Shown one piece after another: positions 1 to 6,505 of a stretch of DNA of 14,817 nt (position 1 is its first letter; each line of letters begins with the position of its first letter). A model generated the notes under the pieces. The model saw nothing but the letters and a program-made list of their open reading frames with translations, ran no database searches and was not told the DNA's origin. Source of the stretch: Promethearchaeota archaeon (GTDB lineage Archaea; Asgardarchaeota; Thorarchaeia; Thorarchaeales; Thorarchaeaceae). The position numbers and the translations under genes are program-made. The stretch lies in the NCBI GenBank assembly GCA_027031765.1, contig JALVPN010000086.1, positions 1 to 14,817 on the forward strand, given 5' to 3'.

Positions 1-1
1 G

Positions 2-556
2 GTCCGGGAGGAACTGTTGTGGAGCGTCCTCGGCCAGCCGTCTGTACGTGTCCCGTGCCTCCTTGTAGCACTCCTCTGCGTCGTGTGGCCGTCCGGTGTC
101 GGCGTAGAGGGCGCCGAGGTTGTTGAGGGTCCCGGCCAGGTCTGGGAGGAACTGTTGTGGAGCGTCCTCGGCCAGCCGTCTGTACGTGTCCAGTGCCTCC
201 TTGTAGCACTCCTCTGCGTCGTGTGGCCGTCCGGTCCTTGCGTAGAGGTTGGCGAGGTTGTTGAGGGTCGTGGCCAGGTCTGGGAGGAACTGTTGTGGTG
301 CGACCTCGGCCAGCCGTCTGTACGTGTCCCGTGCCTCTCTGTAGGAGGCCTCTGCGTCCTGTGGCCGGCCGGTGTCGGCGTAGAGGGCGCCGAGGTTGTT
401 GAGGGCCATGGCCACGTAGTGGAGGAACTGTCGTGGTGCGTCCTTGGCCAGTTGTCTGTAGATTTGCAGTGCCTCTTTGTAGCATTTCTCGGCCCTCGTG
501 TTGTCGTGCAGTGCTGCATGCTTGAGGCCCAGCACGGAGTAGAGGGTGGCCCTCGT
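2..556 (-). repeat. 138-bp (46-aa) tandem TPR-coding repeats, about 4 copies visible, continuing off the window
   Basis: The anchor gaactgt(t/c)gt recurs at 11, 149, 287 and 425 (spacing 138). Example unit: DAEECYKEALDTYRRLAEDAPQQFLPDLAGTLNNLGALYADTGRPH. Confidence 0.95.
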
Positions 557-2506
557 ACTGGGCGCCAGTGCACTCTGTCTGTTCCCCTGTGTTAGGCCGT
601 GTACGTGTCGGTCGATGCACTCCAGCAGTCCCGGGTTCTCCGCCTCCGTGGTCAGCTCCAGCATCCTGAACAGCAGCGTCACGATGTCTGGCGGGCTGGT
701 GTCGAGGTACTGGCACATCAGAGTCGCCGTTGCCTCCTTGATGTCCCTAGTCCGTGCTGCTTCTTCTAGGTATTCTCCGGCACCGGGGTATTCTAGAAGG
801 AGCCGGGCGACGGAGCGGTGTGGCAGCTGGTAGAGTGGCCTGCCGCCATGTAGCCGCGTCAGGAGGTGCCCACTGCGGAGCACCCTTCCGAAGACTTCCC
901 TTTCGCTGTCTGATGCGCTGGGACTGTTCGGCTGCACCACTCTGCATAGGAAGTCGTGTTTCACCGGACAGTCGGCCTGTGAGAAGACCGCCACCACGAG
1001 GAGTGTTTTGATTGCCAGCTGACTTGAGATGATGTCGCTGCGTCCACTCTCGGTCATGACGGTCACACGCCGGTGCATGGCGTACTGGGCCAGCCGTGCC
1101 CTGTTGACCTCGTTGTTGTCTCGCCACTGGCGCACCAGCTCTGCGAGCAGCGGCAGATCCTCTGCAGTATTTGTCAGTTGCTCGACAGTTGATTCGTCCT
1201 CATCTGGGAAACAGTGCCTTACGAGCTGCTCCATGAAGTTTCTGTCCAAGCGCATGTCCACCGCTGGCACGGTTCTGAGGAGCTCGTCCAGGTCCTGCGA
1301 GTATATCCGTCTCTCGTCCTCCGTGCCGGCTACAGGTGGCCTTACGACGGCCAGCAGTCGGATCTGCGTCCTCTCGGCGTTGTCAGCTCCATCCCCGGAG
1401 GACTCCTGCCTGTCGTGCACTCCTCGGGCCCACGCCCTGAACCCGCGGATGACACTGAGCACCTGCATTGGTGCGTCCTGTGCCTCGTCGACTATGATGA
1501 GGAGGGGCCCGTCCATCTCCACGACCCTATTGATGAGGGCCTGCGCGTTACCAACCAGCTGTGCCCCCTCTGTGTACATGACATGCCAGCCAGCCCTCGT
1601 TAGATTATATCCGACGTGGAGTGCCACGGTGGTCTTGCCGGTACCTGACGGCCCGCTGACCACCACAGCGCCGAACGGCTCATCAGAAGAGGGGTCTAGG
1701 GCCTCGGTTGCCTGTCTGGTCTCCTCCCGCATGAGCACCTCGTCGGCAAGGAAATCCACCAGTGCGGGCCCGCCTTCGCGCAACGGTACTGCCTCCTCCG
1801 GCTCGGTCGGCACTACTTCATGGAACGGTATCATGAACGTGGCGAGCTCGCACTCGACAAGTCGACGGGTGGCCTGCGTTTCCAGCTCCTCAATGTATTT
1901 TTGGAGCTCGGCTGCTGTGTATTCTTGGAGCTCCTTGGCTGCTGTGTATTCTTGGAGCTCCTTGGCTGCTGTGCTTGTGGCGTCTCGTTGCGCCCCTGTG
2001 GCGGATGCCTGTTCATTGAGAGTATGGTTTTCGTACACTGCCATGAGAATGAACATTTCCGGGTGTTCGTTGGCGAGTGCACCAACTCTTGTGAGGAGGG
2101 CGTCCACAGCTCTGGTCGCCATGTCGTCAGGTAACCCCTGTGTGACGAGGAACTCCTTGAGGCCGTCCCTGACAGACCTCTTATCGACCACGGCCTGTAT
2201 GACCTCCTCGTCCCAGTCCAGGATTCTCTCTAGGGCAGCTCTTGTTGTGTCAGGCATGCCTGTGGCGTTCAGGACAGCTTCGAGGATTCTATTGCGTCTG
2301 CCCCGCCTGTCCAACCACTGCCTGAGGGCCCTGACCCCGTGGAGTGAAGCAATCCCAAGACTGACGACCGGGTCTGCAGTGGCAACCACTGTCTGTATCA
2401 GTCCCGACTTCCAGGCCACGGCTCCAAGTCTTGCCACTCTACTGAGGCCCTCGCACAGCCACGCCCTGACCCTCTGTAGTGTACTGCCGTCAACTGTCGA
2501 ACTCAC
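2..2506 (-). CDS. STAND-class P-loop NTPase with C-terminal TPR repeats (NLR-like), 3'-truncated by window edge, >=835 aa
   Basis: Manual translation: the minus frame is open from 2557 to 2 with no stop. Motifs: Walker A GPSGTGKTT (1654-1628), Walker B LLIIVDE (1504-1484), sensor-1-like IRLLAVVR, GLPL-like AEDLPLLA (1165-1142), winged-helix-end YQLPHRSVAR, then TLNNLGALY-type TPRs. Start is uncertain: GTG 2506 chosen because GGAG lies 9 nt upstream; alternatives are GTG 2524/2437 and first ATG 2257. Confidence 0.88.
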   Translation of the reverse strand, partial: MSSTVDGSTLQRVRAWLCEGLSRVARLGAVAWKSGLIQTVVATADPVVSLGIASLHGVRALRQWLDRRGRRNRILEAVLNATGMPDTTRAALERILDWDEEVIQAVVDKRSVRDGLKEFLVTQGLPDDMATRAVDALLTRVGALANEHPEMFILMAVYENHTLNEQASATGAQRDATSTAAKELQEYTAAKELQEYTAAELQKYIEELETQATRRLVECELATFMIPFHEVVPTEPEEAVPLREGGPALVDFLADEVLMREETRQATEALDPSSDEPFGAVVVSGPSGTGKTTVALHVGYNLTRAGWHVMYTEGAQLVGNAQALINRVVEMDGPLLIIVDEAQDAPMQVLSVIRGFRAWARGVHDRQESSGDGADNAERTQIRLLAVVRPPVAGTEDERRIYSQDLDELLRTVPAVDMRLDRNFMEQLVRHCFPDEDESTVEQLTNTAEDLPLLAELVRQWRDNNEVNRARLAQYAMHRRVTVMTESGRSDIISSQLAIKTLLVVAVFSQADCPVKHDFLCRVVQPNSPSASDSEREVFGRVLRSGHLLTRLHGGRPLYQLPHRSVARLLLEYPGAGEYLEEAARTRDIKEATATLMCQYLDTSPPDIVTLLFRMLELTTEAENPGLLECIDRHVHGLTQGNRQSALAPSTRATLYSVLGLKHAALHDNTRAEKCYKEALQIYRQLAKDAPRQFLHYVAMALNNLGALYADTGRPQDAEASYREARDTYRRLAEVAPQQFLPDLATTLNNLANLYARTGRPHDAEECYKEALDTYRRLAEDAPQQFLPDLAGTLNNLGALYADTGRPHDAEECYKEARDTYRRLAEDAPQQFLPD
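1895..1972 (-). repeat. In-frame 27-bp tandem repeat (2 exact copies plus one 24-bp variant) encoding TAAKELQEY-TAAKELQEY-TAAELQKY
   Basis: gtattcttggagctccttggctgctgt at 1919-1945 and 1946-1972; variant gtatttttggagctcggctgctgt at 1895-1918. Confidence 0.95.
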
Positions 2507-2600
2507 GGTAGACTTCTCCCACACGGGACTCCCCGCAGGTCTGCAGAGGTTTCGACCTCAGGAAGGTTTCGTCCCTTTCATCTGTCCTGAGAGTGAGTTA

Positions 2601-2620
2601 GAAAGGAGGGAAAAAAAGTT
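2601..2620 (-). terminator. Candidate archaeal oligo-T terminator
   Basis: Minus strand reads AACTTTTTTTCCCTCCTTTC (T7 at 2617-2611), about 155 nt downstream of the 2774-3112 ORF. It stands out in a GC-rich background. Confidence 0.35.
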
Positions 2621-2773
2621 GTCGCCCCGTTGCTGGCCCGTGGCGTTGCTCGCCACAGAGGACCGGCCCCGGACTGCAATAGGCTGCAGCACATGCTGAA
2701 GTCCCACATGTAGTGTAGTAGTGACCCTATCACCAGCCTTCGCAACGACCACGGCTGCTACGCGTGGGCTCCC

Positions 2774-3112
2774 TCATGACCCGGCGCCATCGTCTGCATC
2801 ACTATCAGGGCCGCTGCTCCCGTGAAGCACCCACCGGAGCTCCTCTAGGGTCTCCTCCACCGTCATGCCAGCACACTCCTCCAGCAGCTGTGCTCTCCTC
2901 TCCTCCAGCTCGTCAGGCCCACAGTGCTCCAGTCCCATCGGTGCCCTGTCCAACCACTCCAGCTCACCGACAGAAGAGGCAAGGGTTGCCATGACCGGAC
3001 GAGGGCACCGACCAGCTTGACGTACCATCGGTGCCCTGTCTGACCCCTTTAGCTCATCGAGTTTCGGCAGGTGTCCTGACACTGGCGTAGGGCGGGCGCT
3101 GTCCTGAAACAT
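2774..3112 (-). CDS. Hypothetical acidic protein, 112 aa
   Basis: ATG-started ORF filling an otherwise non-coding gap. The C-terminal half looks protein-like, helical and acidic (PDELEERRAQLLEECAGMTVEETLEELRWVLH). No family recognised. Confidence 0.45.
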   Translation of the reverse strand: MFQDSARPTPVSGHLPKLDELKGSDRAPMVRQAGRCPRPVMATLASSVGELEWLDRAPMGLEHCGPDELEERRAQLLEECAGMTVEETLEELRWVLHGSSGPDSDADDGAGS

Positions 3113-3456
3113 CTGGGCGCAATGTCCGGCCGGTCAAGACCGGGGTAGACTCAGACCACGGACATTGCCGGTATCGTACTCTGCGTTGGCACTATGCGAG
3201 GCCCATGGCATGGCAGTCCAGTCACACACGCCTCTGTGCCATGACATCTCTCCTCCACACTGGGCCACATCATCGATAGGCATAAGTGCTGTCCTTCCAA
3301 GTCGGGAGTTGGCCAGTCCTCTGTGGGCTGCGCGACCCCTCGTATGACCGGGCGACCAACTGACTTATTGCGCGAGCGCAGCCTGATGGCATGTGCCCGA
3401 GTGAGCGCACGGGCGGGTTGACGAGCGAGCGACTGGGCCAGCGAGGTCTGAGAGAG

Positions 3457-4830
3457 ATGAAGGTCCGCCTGAAGATAGACCCCCAGTGGCTGGAGCTGGA
3501 ACGACAGAGCATGGACAAGCTCAGACGGGACTATGAGCGGTGGGCAGCCGAGGTGCTCAGGAAGGCGAAGGAGGCCGGCGACCTGCGCACGCTCCGGAAG
3601 GTGGTCTACGAGCTCGGTGACCGGTGGGAGTGGAGCCAGGCGACTGGTGACTGGCTGAGTTCTGGCGAGCCCCTCGAAGCGGTGGGACTGGTGCTCAGGA
3701 TGCCGGGCCTGGAGCCGGGCAAGGAGCGCTACGTCGTCTATGCCATCATGGCGTACAGCAAGGGTGCCACCGACCAGTTCGACCACCTCGGCGACAAGGA
3801 ACGCGTGATAATCGAGCATGACACTGAGACCGGCGAGTTCGTCTGCTGGTCGACCACCGGCCACGGCTGTATGGACCTCAGGCCCACCCGGCTCCAAGGC
3901 TTCAGCTCCCTGGACGAAATCCTCTCCTCGGTCTACTTCATCGCCCAGCCCGGCGACCACGCCTTGCGGCTGGAGGTACCACGCACTGAGGGCCGGCCGT
4001 GGATTTTCGTCCAGGCGCTCTGGCAGATAGCGACCGGCAGCAGGGGCTTCACCCTCAAGGCAATCGACCTGCTGCGTGCAGAGGACATCGAGGAACACCT
4101 CGACTTCCACTTCGCCCCATACCCTGCGGCCGTGATTGCACTGGAACGCAAGTGGGAGGAGCTCCGGACATCGCTGCTGGGGCGTGTCCGCGAGGGCATC
4201 GTTGACGAGATACCCGATGATGTCCAGGCCCGGGACGAGCGCACACTCCAGCTGGTCGGGGCACTGCTCCACCGCATCTGGAACTCGCCACCTGCAACTC
4301 AGGTCGTACCCATCAGGAGGGTGCTGGACGAGCTGTCGTCTGCCCGGCCGGCCACCGAGGTACAGGCTGCCCTCGTCCCACTGCTGGAAGACCTCCTCCG
4401 GGCCCTCAACGACGTGCTTGAGAGGGCCGAGTACCTCAAGTGGAAGAGCGTCATTGACGAGCGCCGCTTTGAACAGAGCGACATCTTCCGCGGCCTATCG
4501 ATCTCAAGGCTGGCAAAGGACGCCCTCGCCGTGGCCTTCGACGACATCCTCAGAGAGCACACCCTCGCATACATCGGTTACCCTGAGCGTACCACCGCTG
4601 TCGGACGTGCCATGCGGGTGCTCTTCGGCGTCGCCGTCCTGCCAGCAAGGCTCATCGTCACCTTCCTCGAACGCGCCCGTCTTACCCTCTCGCGCCTCGC
4701 ATCACGGTTCTCACGCAAGTCCACCGGCAACGGTGAGCAGGACGCCGACGACACGGGTGCGGGTGCTGCTGGTGCGCAGGACACGGGGGACAACGACAAC
4801 GGGACGGCCACCCACCCCGACGGGTCATAG
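3457..4830 (+). CDS. Hypothetical protein, ~457 aa; N-terminal beta-rich region with Vps62/NPP1-like motifs, helical C-terminal half, acidic tail
   Basis: Long ORF with protein-like composition. ATG 3457 is preceded by GAGGT (3443-3447); alternative start is ATG 3391. The family assignment rests on motif resemblance only. Confidence 0.85.
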   Translation: MKVRLKIDPQWLELERQSMDKLRRDYERWAAEVLRKAKEAGDLRTLRKVVYELGDRWEWSQATGDWLSSGEPLEAVGLVLRMPGLEPGKERYVVYAIMAYSKGATDQFDHLGDKERVIIEHDTETGEFVCWSTTGHGCMDLRPTRLQGFSSLDEILSSVYFIAQPGDHALRLEVPRTEGRPWIFVQALWQIATGSRGFTLKAIDLLRAEDIEEHLDFHFAPYPAAVIALERKWEELRTSLLGRVREGIVDEIPDDVQARDERTLQLVGALLHRIWNSPPATQVVPIRRVLDELSSARPATEVQAALVPLLEDLLRALNDVLERAEYLKWKSVIDERRFEQSDIFRGLSISRLAKDALAVAFDDILREHTLAYIGYPERTTAVGRAMRVLFGVAVLPARLIVTFLERARLTLSRLASRFSRKSTGNGEQDADDTGAGAAGAQDTGDNDNGTATHPDGS

Positions 4831-4847
4831 AGAAATCGCTATATATC
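4831..4847 (+). promoter_or_regulatory. Archaeal BRE/TATA-like promoter for the TSUP gene
   Basis: agaaatcgc followed by TATATAT (4840-4846), about 30 nt upstream of ATG 4875, consistent with a nearly leaderless transcript. Confidence 0.6.
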
Positions 4848-4874
4848 GATATGCGTGCCTGAAACATGTGAATT

Positions 4875-5729
4875 ATGATGCAGCTGTTCTTCGGACTGAC
4901 CCCTGAACTGGTACTGCTGCTCCTCATCGTGGGGGCTGCAGTGGGCTTTGTCAGTGCCTTCTTTGGTGTGGGTGGCTGCTTCCTGATGGTGCCCGTGATG
5001 ATAGTCGTGTTCACAGATGTCATGGGCGTCGATGTAGGGGTGGCCACGAAGCTCGCGTTCGGCACGAACATGGGCGTGGTCGTGCCAACAGCACTGAGCG
5101 GTGCATACCGGCACTACCGGGAGGCGGGCTTCCCGTGGACGCACTACTGGCGGTTCGCCATCCCGGTGGGTATCGGCTCTGTCCTGGGCTCCATTGCCGC
5201 GTTCTTCGCGCCCGGGTACCTCCTCAAGGTGCTCTTCGGGATCATGTGCATTATTGGGGCCTACAGGTTCATGACGGCGCGGCCGAAGCCGGTCGATGCG
5301 TTGCCAGACCCTGACCCCAAGAAGTTCGGTGCTGCCGGGACGTCTGCCGGTGCCCTCGCACACTTCATGGGCATTGGCGGTGGCCTCGTGTATGTACCTG
5401 TCCTGAACACGGTCCTATCGGTGCCGGCGCGGGCAGCAGTGGCAATCAGCGTTGCGACGATGGTCATTGGTTCGGGTGTCGGCGCCATCTCGTTCGCCCT
5501 GCTCGGCTCGCTGGCCCCGGGTGGGACGCTGCCACCGGGTAGTATCGGCTGGTTCAGTATCCCACTGTTCCTCCTGCTGGCGACCTCGAGTGTTGTGTTC
5601 GCCCAGCTCGGTGGGAAGGCGACCCACAGGATCAGTCCCAAGAGGCTCAAGGTCCTGATGGCCGTCCTGTACGTCTACATTGGCCTCCGCCTTGTGGGCA
5701 TCCTTGCGCTCCTGGGCTGGCCATACTAG
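4875..5729 (+). CDS. Sulfite exporter TauE/SafE (TSUP) family membrane protein
   Basis: Very hydrophobic 284-aa protein with two internal repeats carrying the family motif (FGVGGCFLMVP; MGIGGGLVYVP) followed by A-x-[GA]-T/IS segments. Confidence 0.9.
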   Translation: MMQLFFGLTPELVLLLLIVGAAVGFVSAFFGVGGCFLMVPVMIVVFTDVMGVDVGVATKLAFGTNMGVVVPTALSGAYRHYREAGFPWTHYWRFAIPVGIGSVLGSIAAFFAPGYLLKVLFGIMCIIGAYRFMTARPKPVDALPDPDPKKFGAAGTSAGALAHFMGIGGGLVYVPVLNTVLSVPARAAVAISVATMVIGSGVGAISFALLGSLAPGGTLPPGSIGWFSIPLFLLLATSSVVFAQLGGKATHRISPKRLKVLMAVLYVYIGLRLVGILALLGWPY

Positions 5730-5752
5730 TCGGTGGTACACGTACTCCCTGG

Positions 5753-6505
5753 TCACTGTGTGTCTGTGGCATGTCCGTGTCCGAGGGCCTTGAGCTGCCG
5801 GATGGCGCCGCCGGGGGCCACTCCCTTCGGGCATGCCCGCACACAGTTCATTATCAGTTCGCACATCGGTGCTGCGTTGGGTGCGAGTGCAGCGTCAAGG
5901 AACCGCTGTCTGTCTGTCACTCTACTGTCAGCATAGAACCTGAGGGCCTTTGCCAGCGCTGCCGGGCCCACGTAGTCGCTGTGCTCGGCGTTCACCGGAC
6001 AGGAGCCGTAGCATATGGCACACATGATGCAGTCAAGGTACCTCTGTATCCGGGCACGTCCCTCCGGGCCCTGCGTCCTCGGCTCCTGTGCGGGCGCTGC
6101 CCAGAGCTCCATGTCGCGCAGTGCCCTGAAGAACGGCCGCATGTCGACCACGAGGTCTTTCAGTACCGGCAGGTTTGGCAGCGGCTCCACGAGGACTCCC
6201 TGCGCGGGGCTCCACTCTGGTGGCACGGTCTCGATGGCGGGGAACGGTCTCAGGTGCATGTCCTTCTCACCGAGGCCCATGACCTGCGTCCTACACGCCA
6301 GTTGTGGCTGCTTGTTTATCAGCATGGCACAGCTCCCACAGACCGCACCACGACACGAGTACCTGAAGGCCAGTGACGGGTCATGCTCGTCCTGGATACG
6401 GAACAGCACGTCGAGCACAGTGTCCCCCTTCTTGACCTCGACCTCGAATGTGTCGTAGTGGGTTTCCCCGGCTCTCCCATGTGACCTTGCTATGAGGAAC
6501 CTCAT
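5753..6505 (-). CDS. sdhB: Succinate dehydrogenase/fumarate reductase iron-sulfur subunit
   Basis: [2Fe-2S] motif SCRGAVCGSC...LAC, [4Fe-4S] motif CIMCAICYGSCP, [3Fe-4S]-type CELIMNCVRACP. Start overlaps the sdhA stop (TGATG). Could equally be frdB. Confidence 0.93.
   Translation of the reverse strand: MRFLIARSHGRAGETHYDTFEVEVKKGDTVLDVLFRIQDEHDPSLAFRYSCRGAVCGSCAMLINKQPQLACRTQVMGLGEKDMHLRPFPAIETVPPEWSPAQGVLVEPLPNLPVLKDLVVDMRPFFRALRDMELWAAPAQEPRTQGPEGRARIQRYLDCIMCAICYGSCPVNAEHSDYVGPAALAKALRFYADSRVTDRQRFLDAALAPNAAPMCELIMNCVRACPKGVAPGGAIRQLKALGHGHATDTQ

Noticed and set aside
2-556. Repeats as a CRISPR array or a DGR template/variable pair
   Set aside because: Units are contiguous, in-frame 138-bp coding repeats with no unique spacers. 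Differences are not adenine-specific, and no cas or reverse transcriptase gene is in the window.
2560-2591. Hammerhead-like core (minus strand CAGATGA...GAAAC)
   Set aside because: The core has A in place of the invariant U4, there is no room for stem II, and no stem III or cleavage triplet is present.
1029-2699. 556-aa plus-strand ORF (also 17-595, 546-833, 754-1011, 1214-1603, 1820-2134)
   Set aside because: Antisense shadows of the STAND-TPR gene: Ser/Thr/Arg/Cys-rich, with no motifs, while the minus frame carries clear NTPase and TPR motifs.
2558-2752. 64-aa ORF in frame with the STAND gene and separated by a single TGA (possible Sec/readthrough)
   Set aside because: The upstream peptide is not protein-like, spans a T-tract and a structured region, and the TGA is not in a redox-motif context.
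3151-4272. 373-aa minus-strand ORF and the other long overlapping ORFs (e.g. 4136-4906, 6541-7644, 9235-9882, 9945-10754, 13125-13697)
   Set aside because: They overlap well-supported genes on the opposite strand or in another frame; this is expected in GC-rich DNA with few stop codons.
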